DNA of 64,000 nt from a virus: positions 1 to 64,000 of IMG/VR virus record IMGVR_UViG_3300045988_104111; one strand, given 5' to 3'. The first letter of the stretch is position 1; the number at the start of each line of letters is the position of its first letter. The position numbers were made by a program, and so were the translations under genes. This document shows, piece after piece, positions 26,940 through 37,497 of this stretch. Below the pieces are notes generated by a model. The model searched no databases. It had not been told where the DNA came from and saw nothing but the letters and a program-made list of their open reading frames with translations.

Positions 26940-28549
26940 TTAAAATATTCACTCCAATCAATTTCATTTTCATTTGGTTTATCAATAATTTCATATCGCT
27001 CAATGATTGCTTGTGGCTTAATCTGACCATTATATTCATTCAATCCAAGTGATACTACAACCTCTACGGATTTACCTTGAGCAGATTCAAATTGACTTAC
27101 TTCTTCATTACTAACAAAGAATTTAATAAACTCAATGCCATCCTGAACCAGTTTGACAGTAGTTGAACGATTACGATATACATAAATCTGAGGAGATGTT
27201 AAAGTACAATGAAATAACGGTTTGTTTACATCCTTGCCCCATAGGATATTATTTTCTACACATAGATTTGTAAGATTGCGTGTGATATTATTAGGCTTGA
27301 TCTGAGCCGCCACCTCAATATCTGGCTCTACGTCCAAATCAAGTCCATCTAAGAATCGCGCAAATCGCTTTAGGTTGGACTTCTTCACGCTGATACCAGC
27401 AGCCGCGCTATGCCCTTGACATTTGGCCAATCCTGATTTATTAATAGTCTCAAGCAAATCAATAGGACTGCGCATCGAGCCAGACCATGTTGTGCTGTTT
27501 AGCTCTCTCAGTAGGAACGTGGGCTTGTTGTATTTGCCACAAAATTTATTGGCTACAAGCCCTAAATAAGATTTATTCTCAGGTTCGCCAAATCCGATAA
27601 TAACCTTGTGAGACGTATCAAGTCCGTCTGATAGCTTATCTACTACTTTCTTTACCTGATAATCCTGCTTAGATTTTACGGCTTTCATGGCCTTTACAGC
27701 AGCTTCTGGCTCAATCTTGCCAATCAGCGCATCAAAAAATAGCCGTTTAGTAGACTGGTCATCACTACGAGCAAGCGCATTAGCAAGAGGCGCAATACCA
27801 AATGCCACACCCTCTGGATTAACGCCACGATTGCAACAATGCTCTAAGCAGTATTTGATGAATGGATTAGTTGGATTAGTTAATCCGTCATATACATATT
27901 TGCGGTTCTCAGGTGAATGCAAGCTGCAAATATCAGAGATTAGACTAACAGCTACCAAATCCTTGAAAGATTGCTTAAAGTCAAGCGCACAAGCAAATTT
28001 TTCTACAACGCCTGTGCCGCTAATGTCTGTATTGATATTCGGCGCATTGTCGGCTCGATACGGGTTGACTACAACGGCGTGTTGATTCTTTCGCTCAATG
28101 ATATGGTGGTCAAGAACAAGACAAGTGCATTTATGCTGTTCCAGCTCTAAACAAGCGTCATTTTCATTAGAGCTTGAATCAGGCAAGATAAGAAAATCAA
28201 TATGCGCATCAATAATATCTTGCATCAGGTCTTGTATACCATGCTGCTTTCCAGAATGGAATAGTACTACTGGTTCTTTCTTTCCAAATTCTTTACATAG
28301 CAAATATGCGATTGCCGCTGATAAGTTGCCATCTCCGTCAGAATCGGCAACGATGCCAATTTGAATATCGTCATTAGCATACTTGAACATATCAACAGCC
28401 ACATCCATATTCTTATACATATCAGGCGATTGATATTCAATATTATCTGGATTTAGATATGAGTCAATATCATCTATACCACAAGCGGATAAATATGATT
28501 GAATGAATGTATTCTCGTCTATATTATTTAATAGTGGTGATATTTTCAA
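26936..28549 (-). CDS. RecJ-like DHH-family single-strand exonuclease
   Basis: DSDGDG and LVLDHH motifs plus a DHHA1-like GHSAAAG block. Confidence 0.75.
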   Translation of the reverse strand: MKISPLLNNIDENTFIQSYLSACGIDDIDSYLNPDNIEYQSPDMYKNMDVAVDMFKYANDDIQIGIVADSDGDGNLSAAIAYLLCKEFGKKEPVVLFHSGKQHGIQDLMQDIIDAHIDFLILPDSSSNENDACLELEQHKCTCLVLDHHIIERKNQHAVVVNPYRADNAPNINTDISGTGVVEKFACALDFKQSFKDLVAVSLISDICSLHSPENRKYVYDGLTNPTNPFIKYCLEHCCNRGVNPEGVAFGIAPLANALARSDDQSTKRLFFDALIGKIEPEAAVKAMKAVKSKQDYQVKKVVDKLSDGLDTSHKVIIGFGEPENKSYLGLVANKFCGKYNKPTFLLRELNSTTWSGSMRSPIDLLETINKSGLAKCQGHSAAAGISVKKSNLKRFARFLDGLDLDVEPDIEVAAQIKPNNITRNLTNLCVENNILWGKDVNKPLFHCTLTSPQIYVYRNRSTTVKLVQDGIEFIKFFVSNEEVSQFESAQGKSVEVVVSLGLNEYNGQIKPQAIIERYEIIDKPNENEIDWSEYFN

Positions 28550-29321
28550 TACGTCCTAATGTCTCCTTTGTTATTTTAGTCATTTCTATATGTGACACGT
28601 CAATATTTTCATTAAAATACGGTGAACATTCTTTGTAAAACAACTTGTGAGCATATTTATATAGTGCATCCGCATCTGCTTTATTCACATATCCTCCTAA
28701 ATAATAATGAACTTCACAATATGTGATTTGAGCAATATATTTTTGCCACTTTTTATTAAAAGTTATTGGGTTTCTTATTCTATTTGCTATATTTTCTCGT
28801 CTTGTTACAAGTCTTAAATTGATGGAAGTATTATTATCTACATTTCTATCCTTATGATCTATATCTTTCGATTTGTCTATAGCATCATTGTGAACATGCT
28901 CATATATAAAAGCGTGTAGTAAATAAAATTTTTTGTCACTTTTTATTTGAGTAGTCCAATATCCGTTCTTGCCCTTTTTCCAATAAAAATCTTTTACAAA
29001 TGGTATAACTGACGTATCTATGATTGCATAATGTTGTCGAGATTTATCAAATAGATATGTTACATCTCCGTGTTCTTCATAATAATTTTTACAATATCTT
29101 TTATTTTTGTTCTCTATAGAAGTTTCCCTTGCACGCTCTAACATTAAACAACCACAAGATTTCGTATGACCACATCTAAGCGTATCAGACCTTATTATCT
29201 TGATGTTTCCGCAATCGCACTGACATTTCCAGAGTGCAACATTCTTTCTATTACTGCCACATCTTTCCAATACAATCAATCTACCGAATCTTTGTCCGGT
29301 TAAGTCTATGGATTTACTCAT
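28524..29321 (-). CDS. HNH homing-type endonuclease
   Basis: IDHKDRNVDNNTSINLRLVTRRENI (HNH_3-like) with N-terminal Cys clusters. Confidence 0.7.
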   Translation of the reverse strand: MSKSIDLTGQRFGRLIVLERCGSNRKNVALWKCQCDCGNIKIIRSDTLRCGHTKSCGCLMLERARETSIENKNKRYCKNYYEEHGDVTYLFDKSRQHYAIIDTSVIPFVKDFYWKKGKNGYWTTQIKSDKKFYLLHAFIYEHVHNDAIDKSKDIDHKDRNVDNNTSINLRLVTRRENIANRIRNPITFNKKWQKYIAQITYCEVHYYLGGYVNKADADALYKYAHKLFYKECSPYFNENIDVSHIEMTKITKETLGRIENITTIK

Positions 29322-29419
29322 TTTTTATAACTATTCCCTTAAAAATGTGGCTTCATTAAGGGAATTAAGTAGTGGATGAATTTTAATATAAAATCAACCT
29401 CCTTATTATTGATATAGTG

Positions 29420-29448
29420 ATTATATCATAAAGAGGTTGATTTGTCAA
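29420..29448 (-). promoter_or_regulatory. sigma-A type promoter
   Basis: Minus strand reads TTGACA-17-TATAAT (TGa). Confidence 0.65.
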
Positions 29449-29459
29449 GTATTAAATTA

Positions 29460-29732
29460 TCAAATTTCTTCAACTAGCACATATTCATCATCCCAAGTAC
29501 TAATATAATACAGACCACCATGGTCAAGCCCAAGAAAATCAGTTTCGTTTTCTGTAAGCATCCTGACGTCCTCTGCGTCTCGATTGAGAAATTCTACCAT
29601 AGAATCAATATCATCAATTCGAGCATTCTTGAACGATTCAACGTCCTTATATTCATCTCTGAGATGAGGATCGTCCTTAAACAACATAAAAGCCTCCTCT
29701 ACTTCCATGACATTGAGCGTGATTTTCTTCAT
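29460..29732 (-). CDS. hypothetical acidic protein
   Basis: ATG 29732 after GGAGGA. The longer track ORF runs through promoter 29776-29804. Confidence 0.5.
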   Translation of the reverse strand: MKKITLNVMEVEEAFMLFKDDPHLRDEYKDVESFKNARIDDIDSMVEFLNRDAEDVRMLTENETDFLGLDHGGLYYISTWDDEYVLVEEI

Positions 29733-29775
29733 ATTATAATCCTCCAAATATATATTAGCCGGTTGGCTTAAATAT

Positions 29776-29804
29776 AGAATAGCACAAAAACATTGATTTG
29801 TCAA
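29776..29804 (-). promoter_or_regulatory. sigma-A type promoter
   Basis: Minus strand reads TTGACA-17-TATTCT. Confidence 0.5.
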
Positions 29805-29814
29805 GTATTATTTT

Positions 29815-30006
29815 TTACCTAAAAATTGTGCCATCCCAAGGCTTATATTCATAGCCGCAACGAGGACAATAATTAGCCTCAACTAGCTCATAGTGATAAC
29901 CACATCTAGCACAAACACTATACCATGAGCCATTTGTATTATATCTGTGTTTCCATTTTAGCCTTGTTTCATATAGTGGCTTATATTTACCATATTTTCT
30001 CTGCAT
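29815..30006 (-). CDS. zinc-ribbon protein
   Basis: 63 aa with CARCG...CPRCG pairs. Confidence 0.45.
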   Translation of the reverse strand: MQRKYGKYKPLYETRLKWKHRYNTNGSWYSVCARCGYHYELVEANYCPRCGYEYKPWDGTIFR

Positions 30007-30132
30007 TGCTCAGTACATTCAAATAGCTCTTTAGTAGCCCAACATTCTATCCTAACTACAGTGCGCTCTTTGCCATCCACATATCGTTGATACCGGCATT
30101 CATGTGCATATTTACATTCGCTTTTCATAACA

Positions 30133-30609
30133 TTATCTCTCTTTCATAAATGCCATCCAATGTGTTTTCTGCAATTTACCAGATTTATGTCCGTACATTG
30201 GCTCGTATCCAATAACTCGAATTATTTTTGATACAGGAATGTCCGTTTCGTTCCATTTGAAAATTAGCGTTCCATTTGGCTTTAAGACCCTCATACATTC
30301 AGAGAATCCATCGTGTAGCGTCTTTTCCCAATCCTCTTTAAGTACACCATATTTCTTTGCCATCCATGAATTTTCTCCAAGTGTAATCATGTGTGGAGGG
30401 TCAAATACAACGTGCCAAAAAGTATTATCATCAAATGGTAAATTAGTAAAATCAGTAATAATGTCTGGTTTGATAATTAGTTTGCGCCCATCACATAGAT
30501 TAGTATTTAACTCTCTACAATCACAAAATTCAACATCTGGATTATTTTTATCAAACCAGAACATCTTACTTCCGCAACATGGGTCTAATACCCTTTTTTC
30601 TGTTCTCAT
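30133..30609 (-). CDS. small SAM-dependent DNA methyltransferase (orphan; N6A/N4C type)
   Basis: LDPCCGS (motif I-like) and FDPPH (motif IV-like). Confidence 0.6.
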   Translation of the reverse strand: MRTEKRVLDPCCGSKMFWFDKNNPDVEFCDCRELNTNLCDGRKLIIKPDIITDFTNLPFDDNTFWHVVFDPPHMITLGENSWMAKKYGVLKEDWEKTLHDGFSECMRVLKPNGTLIFKWNETDIPVSKIIRVIGYEPMYGHKSGKLQKTHWMAFMKER

Positions 30610-31658
30610 ACTCTTACCCTACTTTCCCATAATTTCATAGCTTGCTCATATGGTAGGTCCATCATATTGCATTTATACATATCGTAGCCTTGATTATTAT
30701 AGATTATGTTGACTGAAAAATACGGCTTTAGCTTAGCCGCTAATTTCTTCATCTTAACAACAAAGAACTTAAATTCATCATCACCTACTTGCTTATAGTC
30801 GCTATCAAATGCTATAACTACATCATTCACACCAAGCTCTAGCAATAGCTGTATATGTTGCTTGCTTATATTAGAGCCAAAGACGGCTAGAGAATTATGC
30901 AAATTGTAGCTCGGCGCTTTTAGCACCGACTTTTCACTCTCAAATAGCACTACTTGACGTGACTTTTCAATAGCGGATTTATTTTGGTCATAGCCATATA
31001 GACAAGCAGATGATGGGAATTTTAATACTGTCCCATCTAATGTGCATATTGGTCTATATTTGCCTTTAACTATATCCTGCTCTCTTGTATATCTCCCCCT
31101 TACGCCTACTAGTTGTCCATTAAACACAACAGGTATGGAAATACACGCCTGACGCGCATACCATCCTATACCAAATTTATCAAGTGTATCTGCTGAAATG
31201 CCGTAATCCAGCCATTCTTGCAGATATAAATGGTCAAATAGAGATAATATGGACTTGTCATATGTCAAGAGCTTATCTGTCTCTGGCTCGGCATTAGGTA
31301 AAAAGCGGCGTAATTCAGCCCAATTATCAATCTGTTCATTTTGCTCTATTTGCCCTACTTGTAGATGCAGGACAGAACATATATATGAGACAGCTTGATT
31401 GAAGTCAAGATGTTTGACGTGCTGAACTAAACCAATAGCATCCGTATGCAATCCGCATACCCAACAATGGAATACTTGCCGCTCTTGGTTAAACCATAAT
31501 TTGGGGCGGTGATTTATAGCATCTGCCCCATGGTGACATATACTTGGAAATATTAGATTATTGCTATCAGCCTTCATCAATGGCGCACCCATAGCATCCA
31601 TTAGCTCTATGATACGGTCGTCGGTTAATTGGGATTTAAGAGATGTAATGTCAATCAT
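30606..31658 (-). CDS. dnaG: DnaG-type primase
   Basis: CHC2 zinc finger (CHHG...HCWVCG) and a Toprim-like region. ATG 31658 overlaps the dnaB stop (ATGA). Confidence 0.75.
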   Translation of the reverse strand: MIDITSLKSQLTDDRIIELMDAMGAPLMKADSNNLIFPSICHHGADAINHRPKLWFNQERQVFHCWVCGLHTDAIGLVQHVKHLDFNQAVSYICSVLHLQVGQIEQNEQIDNWAELRRFLPNAEPETDKLLTYDKSILSLFDHLYLQEWLDYGISADTLDKFGIGWYARQACISIPVVFNGQLVGVRGRYTREQDIVKGKYRPICTLDGTVLKFPSSACLYGYDQNKSAIEKSRQVVLFESEKSVLKAPSYNLHNSLAVFGSNISKQHIQLLLELGVNDVVIAFDSDYKQVGDDEFKFFVVKMKKLAAKLKPYFSVNIIYNNQGYDMYKCNMMDLPYEQAMKLWESRVRV

Positions 31659-33127
31659 TTTGCATATATCAACCTTGTTCTTTGAAGCTGTATTGGATTG
31701 TCGAACTTGCTCGTTACAAAACAATCCTTTGTTCGTCCAGTATTCAAATCAAGATGAAAATATATTTTAATACCCTGTTCAACTTGAGAGAACCGCATTT
31801 TATAAATATGCAGTATGCGATTTGGTTTTGTTTTATCAGGATATTTTTCCATCATCATATCAGCTATTTCTTGCTCTTTACGGCGCAACGGCATAATTAC
31901 GCCAGCTACATCAGCCTTGTTCTGAATTGCTCTTGAACCAGCTGCAACACCGCTATCCATAATTTCCTGTGTCATAGCATTAGCATTGACCTGAGTAAAT
32001 GTCAAGACGGCTATATTATATTCAACAGCCAAATCTTTGAGCTTACTTGCTATACCAGATAGCACTTGATCTGAACGAGTAGACACGCCATTCTTTTTAG
32101 CCAAATCGCTTGATACAGATGATGATTCAACGATATAGTCATAACAAAGATAGCCTACATTTTTGTTTACAACATAATCCTTTACATACGATTCAATCAA
32201 ATCAACAGTATAATTAGGCATGGTGACGATATATAGCTTAGATTCATGTAGAATTTTAATAGCCTCATCTACACGTTCTTCTTCGCCTTCTTCATATCGC
32301 CCATTCAAGATGCTAAAGCATGGTACGCCGCTAATTGTAGCCACAATCTTAGGCGTGATTTCAGTATCACCAGCCATCTCAAATTGGAGATATAGACCAG
32401 CTTTATGCTGATAACATGGATTATCTACATATTGCCCTTTGTCCATATCATATATTTTAGGACAACATACTTGTACAAGGTTGGCTAAGCCGATAGTTGA
32501 CTTGCCTACACCTGATCCGACTGAATAGATGGATAACTGCCCCGGAATCCAACCCCTAGCAGCTGTGTTCAAATATTCGCTAAAGGTCGTTGCGCCGAAT
32601 AGCGGCTCTGCCTTAAAGCCCTCTTTAATCGCTTCAAATCCGTCGCCAGCTTTTAGCTCATCTATATCTTTATCTTTGTAGAATTGCTTTTTTATAGCTA
32701 TCTGCTGTGCGTCAAAATATTGTACTATGTCCTCTATTGTCGCTTTATTATCTTGTTCAAATTTATCTATGTTGTATCCAACTGTCTTGTATGAGCGAAG
32801 CAATGTAGCTCGTCGCGTGTTGTTGTAATAGACCTCAAAGTTCCCAACATTAGCAAGTTGCTTAACCGTATCAATAAAATCATCTAATTGATTCAGCTTG
32901 AATATATCCTCTACTTGCTTATTGTTCTTACATAGCATATAGAGGTCTAGTGCGGATATGGATTCAGCGCCACGACGACTAAGAGCAACGCAGCCCTGCC
33001 ACAATCTGAGATGAAAATCAACCGTGAAATCATCACGGCTTAGTGGGTATTTGTCAGAAATAGCAAGAGAGGGCTTGATTAGCAAACAACCCAATAGCAG
33101 CCTAACAGAATTTTGGTCATAGAGCAT
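31655..33127 (-). CDS. dnaB: DnaB-type replicative helicase
   Basis: Walker A GSGVGKST; DnaB-like N-terminal domain and RecA-like core. Confidence 0.8.
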   Translation of the reverse strand: MLYDQNSVRLLLGCLLIKPSLAISDKYPLSRDDFTVDFHLRLWQGCVALSRRGAESISALDLYMLCKNNKQVEDIFKLNQLDDFIDTVKQLANVGNFEVYYNNTRRATLLRSYKTVGYNIDKFEQDNKATIEDIVQYFDAQQIAIKKQFYKDKDIDELKAGDGFEAIKEGFKAEPLFGATTFSEYLNTAARGWIPGQLSIYSVGSGVGKSTIGLANLVQVCCPKIYDMDKGQYVDNPCYQHKAGLYLQFEMAGDTEITPKIVATISGVPCFSILNGRYEEGEEERVDEAIKILHESKLYIVTMPNYTVDLIESYVKDYVVNKNVGYLCYDYIVESSSVSSDLAKKNGVSTRSDQVLSGIASKLKDLAVEYNIAVLTFTQVNANAMTQEIMDSGVAAGSRAIQNKADVAGVIMPLRRKEQEIADMMMEKYPDKTKPNRILHIYKMRFSQVEQGIKIYFHLDLNTGRTKDCFVTSKFDNPIQLQRTRLIYAK

Positions 33128-33609
33128 TACCCAAACACATCCTCCTCATCATTTCTTTTCACAATCGTCTCAACCCCATCTTCAGCTTGCCATTGCTGTA
33201 TATTCTGTCTTACCTGATTTAGCCAAGTATAATATTTTTTGGCGCTGTCATATTTATATTTGACTAAACCAAGCGGCGATTTAGATATATCCAATCCTTG
33301 CTCTTTATGGATATATCTGATAGTATAAGCAATGCCGCCATATGTCATATCAGGATTATCTTTCATCAACTGAGCAAGCTGTATGCCCACAAGCCGCATA
33401 TTAGCATCAGGGGCAATTTGGCGTATATAATCTAGCAACTTGCGCCTATCATCTTTTGATTCTGTCTTGGGCTTAGCGGTATGAGCATTGATGTAATCTT
33501 GCTTACATTGCTCACAGCAGAAATAGAATTTAGGCTTATATTCGATTGCATCTTGTTTTGGCGTTGATTTACCGCATTGACGGCATTTAATTGTAGATGA
33601 CTTGCTCAT
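33127..33609 (-). CDS. zinc-ribbon protein (helicase-loader position), function unknown
   Basis: ATG 33609 after CAGGAGG. CRQCGK...CCEQC pairs. Confidence 0.5.
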   Translation of the reverse strand: MSKSSTIKCRQCGKSTPKQDAIEYKPKFYFCCEQCKQDYINAHTAKPKTESKDDRRKLLDYIRQIAPDANMRLVGIQLAQLMKDNPDMTYGGIAYTIRYIHKEQGLDISKSPLGLVKYKYDSAKKYYTWLNQVRQNIQQWQAEDGVETIVKRNDEEDVFG

Positions 33610-33640
33610 AAAACAACCTCCTGTTTCATTTGTTGATTTG

Positions 33641-33669
33641 ATTATAGCATAAAAATAGGAGGTTGTCAA
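33641..33669 (-). promoter_or_regulatory. sigma-A type promoter
   Basis: Minus strand reads TTGACA-17-TATAAT. Confidence 0.65.
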
Positions 33670-34295
33670 GAAGAAATTATATCATATTCTAACATCCACT
33701 TGTTAATTTCTTCTTTGCTCATAACTACATCTGTTCTCTTACAATCAACCACTCTAAGACCGCTAGGATTCGTTATGACCCGATTTTGCTCTATGCTATA
33801 TCCTGCATCATATTCAAGCCGCAATCGGCATATACAGCCCTCACAGCCGTCAGGACGATTGATATTAAACACCCTAGGCGAATCGCCGCATATATTCAAG
33901 AATCGGCTCGAATTAACCCATTGCCCATCCATTTCTATATTCATGCTATCAGGCGCATTATCTTCAACTATGCGACAATATTGTACATTATAATACAATG
34001 ATTTTTTCCATTCATTGATATTGCCTGATACCAATAGCCTAGTAGGCATATCAGATTTTTTCATTGTATAATAATGTTTATTTTTGACATATATATAGCT
34101 GTCTACTCGTGGATGGGTATATTGCGCCACAGCCAACCATGATTTGATTTGCGGCTCATTCCATTTGCGGCTTAATGTTTGATTCATGGTCAAGCATTGA
34201 TTATTGGCGATGACGCTGAATTTGACTTTCATGTGGGTCTGATATATGTCAATTCGCAGCTCTTGCAGTTGAGCTACACATAGAAATTTATTCAT
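33666..34295 (-). CDS. hypothetical protein
   Basis: 209-aa ORF. Confidence 0.5.
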   Translation of the reverse strand: MNKFLCVAQLQELRIDIYQTHMKVKFSVIANNQCLTMNQTLSRKWNEPQIKSWLAVAQYTHPRVDSYIYVKNKHYYTMKKSDMPTRLLVSGNINEWKKSLYYNVQYCRIVEDNAPDSMNIEMDGQWVNSSRFLNICGDSPRVFNINRPDGCEGCICRLRLEYDAGYSIEQNRVITNPSGLRVVDCKRTDVVMSKEEINKWMLEYDIISS

Positions 34296-35539
34296 TTTTT
34301 AGACCATATACCAAAAGTCGCCATATCTTTTGGGATTAAATGAAAATAATCACTGTCTCCATTTTTTGAGACGAACTCATCATAATATTTCCACGAAGCA
34401 CCTCTTGCTGTTTCGCCATATTCTGCAAGATACCCTGTTATATTCTTTTTATACTTTTTATAGCCATCAGCCTTCATTCCTCTACATTTACAAAATTCTT
34501 CAAATGTAAATGTTTTGAAAAAAGATGGCTGATTGCACCACGCTGCAATAGTATCATATAATCCTCTATATGGAGATTTTTTATAATTTTCATGTCTCAT
34601 AACATATGGGAAAGCAGAATATTTAGAGAGAATGAAAATGCGTTCAAATAGATCAATTATATCTTTGAGCCAAAAAACATCGTCATATTGATTTTCTCTA
34701 TCAAAGCCACAAAAGCAATAAAATTTCATTTGTTTTTTCCAATTAGGGCAAGTTGAATATATTAAATTTAGTTTAGATTTAATTAAGTCTTTATCCTCAA
34801 TATTATCAAAAGCGAAGATAAGATCACTATCATATTTCCACGTTTGAATTTCTTCTATTTTTTCTTTGGTAAGCAATCTTTCATCAAGCCCTTGTTTGAA
34901 TTGAAACCGTTTACCAGTCGATTTTACAGAATTTATAATATTACGCCAGTCAGGACAAGCAAAGAAATTATCGTCAAGAAAACATAATTTAGGACGTGAT
35001 ATGTCTATAAATTCATCTAATGCAGAATGCGCACAGCATTTATTGTATATCTTATTAACACAAAACTGACATTGACGGAAACAGCCTCTCGTCAAGAACC
35101 CAATAGAGTAATCGGTGTAATAAACAAATTCTTTTTGTTTTGCCCCATTAGCAATACAATTTGCAACCCATTCATCGTACAAATGATAATCTGGTAGACA
35201 ATGTTCTATATTATCAGGAAGTTTTGGTGCTTTCTCGTAGAAAAATCCAGTTCCGCCATATTCTATTTTTGGGTTTTTTAAGAATGGATTGTTGGCATAA
35301 TATTCTGCACAATTTGACTCAGTTTTTTCTATTGATTTGTCCTCCATAGGAATATCTGTCTTGACAAAAACTTTAGAAATAAACACTTTGTCAAATCGTT
35401 CAATATCTTCATATGATAAACACAACCTAACATTGTCTCTTTGCGATTTATACCATGACGATATTTTCATGCAAGCAAGATTCGGAAATCTATGTTTAGT
35501 TTTCCCGATAATTTCAGCGTCAATAATACCAACGTTCAA
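34292..35539 (-). CDS. radical SAM enzyme (B12-binding-domain class-like)
   Basis: CxxxCxxC cluster GCFRQCQFC followed by ...FLDDNFF. TTG start overlaps the upstream stop. Confidence 0.6.
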   Translation of the reverse strand: MNVGIIDAEIIGKTKHRFPNLACMKISSWYKSQRDNVRLCLSYEDIERFDKVFISKVFVKTDIPMEDKSIEKTESNCAEYYANNPFLKNPKIEYGGTGFFYEKAPKLPDNIEHCLPDYHLYDEWVANCIANGAKQKEFVYYTDYSIGFLTRGCFRQCQFCVNKIYNKCCAHSALDEFIDISRPKLCFLDDNFFACPDWRNIINSVKSTGKRFQFKQGLDERLLTKEKIEEIQTWKYDSDLIFAFDNIEDKDLIKSKLNLIYSTCPNWKKQMKFYCFCGFDRENQYDDVFWLKDIIDLFERIFILSKYSAFPYVMRHENYKKSPYRGLYDTIAAWCNQPSFFKTFTFEEFCKCRGMKADGYKKYKKNITGYLAEYGETARGASWKYYDEFVSKNGDSDYFHLIPKDMATFGIWSKK

Positions 35540-35715
35540 ATCTCACACACCACCATTCCGTTATCTTGATATACGTTTTTAGCTTGCACATTATCAATCC
35601 AATCCCATCTATCGTCTTTGAGCTTTCCAAAATTTCTACAAACAACAAACCCTTTGCAAACAACCATCATTTGAATATTATGAGGCAGTTCCATAAATAC
35701 ATCCCACACTGTCAT
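35536..35715 (-). CDS. 59-aa hypothetical protein
   Basis: ATG 35715 after GGAGGA. Below the track size cutoff. Confidence 0.4.
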   Translation of the reverse strand: MTVWDVFMELPHNIQMMVVCKGFVVCRNFGKLKDDRWDWIDNVQAKNVYQDNGMVVCEI

Positions 35716-35746
35716 ATTGCGTATCCTCCGTTTATTTGATGGTTAT

Positions 35747-35784
35747 ATTATATAATAAAAAGGCGGGATTGTCAAGCCCCCGCC
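35747..35784 (-). promoter_or_regulatory. terminator hairpin whose loop carries the -35 of a TTGACA-17-TATAAT promoter
   Basis: Minus strand reads GGCGGG-ggcTTGACAat-CCCGCC-TTTTTATTATATAAT. Confidence 0.6.
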
Positions 35785-35801
35785 TTTAATATTTTTATAG
35801 A

Positions 35802-36428
35802 TTACATGAATGGATTATTTTCATCGGAATCATCCCAAGGATTTTCTGATTCAGCAGGAGTCGGCGTATCAGTAGGCGTAGTATTGAACACATCACCAAA
35901 ATCAGGGATTGGGTCATTAGCAGGAGTAGTTGTGGTCTTGGTGGCAGTTAGCTCCTTGAGCGCAGGAATTTCATATTCTCCCTTTTCAATGGTTTCAACA
36001 CTATGAACAGATGCAATATATGGGCGCTTACCAATACCGCCATTCTGCCGCTCATATTCTTCGGTTCCAATAACGACTCCGAACACCTTATTAACTAGCT
36101 TCTGTTCGTCCCACTCCCAATTAAAATTCTTATTCGACTTAGTTACGCTTGTAATAAACCCCTTAAAGAAAGGAAGCGCTTTATCTGAGTAGCTACGCAC
36201 TAGAACACCATCACGAGGCCAATACTTTGTTTCGCGCTTGTCAGCATCGTATAGCTTCTGATACCAGTTCTTATACTCCCCTTTGCACACGTCCAGTTCC
36301 ATTCTTAAATAGCTTTTGTCTGGGTTATCGGTTACTTTCTTAATCCCTACAATGTAAGCGCCATCAGGGATTCTCTTAAACCCGCCACCATTTTCCTGAA
36401 TCTTATCAAAATTAGCAATCTTTTTCAT
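35802..36428 (-). CDS. DUF669-like phage recombination-module protein (SSB-like partner of Sak4)
   Basis: N-terminal pattern FKRIPDGAYIV...; acidic C-terminal tail DDSDENNPFM. Adjacent to the ATPase. Confidence 0.45.
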   Translation of the reverse strand: MKKIANFDKIQENGGGFKRIPDGAYIVGIKKVTDNPDKSYLRMELDVCKGEYKNWYQKLYDADKRETKYWPRDGVLVRSYSDKALPFFKGFITSVTKSNKNFNWEWDEQKLVNKVFGVVIGTEEYERQNGGIGKRPYIASVHSVETIEKGEYEIPALKELTATKTTTTPANDPIPDFGDVFNTTPTDTPTPAESENPWDDSDENNPFM

Positions 36429-36468
36429 ACTTTACATACCTCACATTATTTTTCAGTTTGTTTATATT

Positions 36469-37137
36469 TTACTCAGCTTTTTTAGCTGTAGTAGTAGATT
36501 TAGCCTTTGGCGCACTTGCCTTCTTTAGTCCATAATATTCTCTGATTGTGTCATCAACCATCTTTAGATCATTGTCAATCTCAAGAGAATCAAACATGCC
36601 CATTGGTGACTTACATGGATTCGAGCCGTCAGACTGCGTAATAAAATAATGCTTGCGCTCATCTGCTTTACATAGCAGGACGATACTAAACAGTCCTTCT
36701 ACGGTGAGCTGCTGGTCTAGCATCTTACCAAGAGTCTTAACCTTAACCTTGCCATTTTCATCAGTATCAATATGCTGCATGATATATACAATCGTATCTG
36801 GGCTTGTATCCTCCTGAACAGTACGCAACATTTCCTCGTAGTTCTTAGCCATCGTAGTAAACTTGCCATACCCGACTTCATTCACCTTATCAAAGCTTTC
36901 AAAAGCCATAAGATACTGAGCATCATCTACGACCCAACTTAGTTTCTTACCGCTACATACTGCGCCTTTGATACTGGTATATGTTGCCTTATTCATACTC
37001 TGTAGTTTATTTACATTTCTGAATGGTAGCGGCTTAGATGCCACATTTAGGATACCAACATCCTCTTGCTTGAAATTTCTAAGTGATGCTGATTTACCAG
37101 ATCCACTTTCACCTAAAATCAAAACTGCTACACCCAT
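36469..37137 (-). CDS. Sak4/RecA-like core ATPase
   Basis: Walker A GESGSGKS at the N-terminus; size and context fit. Confidence 0.55.
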   Translation of the reverse strand: MGVAVLILGESGSGKSASLRNFKQEDVGILNVASKPLPFRNVNKLQSMNKATYTSIKGAVCSGKKLSWVVDDAQYLMAFESFDKVNEVGYGKFTTMAKNYEEMLRTVQEDTSPDTIVYIMQHIDTDENGKVKVKTLGKMLDQQLTVEGLFSIVLLCKADERKHYFITQSDGSNPCKSPMGMFDSLEIDNDLKMVDDTIREYYGLKKASAPKAKSTTTAKKAE

Positions 37138-37161
37138 TTACTTATTTAATCCTCCTTATTC

Positions 37162-37494
37162 TCATTCAATTTCTTTTAGCCAAAAATCACGCTTGCATTC
37201 AGCACATTCTGTTGTTGGCTCACAGCATTTACGAATGTCCTTAACATATCCAAATCTTCGTGGGCAAAATTCAAGCACGCCATTGTTCATATCGGTTTCT
37301 GGAAATAGCCTAAGTATTTCGCTCTGTCTTGTTTTGACAGGATGTTCTTTTGCCCATTGCTCTATAATAGGAATTAACTTAGGAATCCCCACAATAGATG
37401 CACACACTTTATACTGACCCACTGGACACTCGCTACAACTTACATAATAATCACACATTCGATTTCGTTGCGTTACATATTCAACAGCATCCAT
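37162..37494 (-). CDS. hypothetical Cys-rich protein
   Basis: 110-aa ORF. Confidence 0.45.
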   Translation of the reverse strand: MDAVEYVTQRNRMCDYYVSCSECPVGQYKVCASIVGIPKLIPIIEQWAKEHPVKTRQSEILRLFPETDMNNGVLEFCPRRFGYVKDIRKCCEPTTECAECKRDFWLKEIE

Positions 37495-37497
37495 TAT

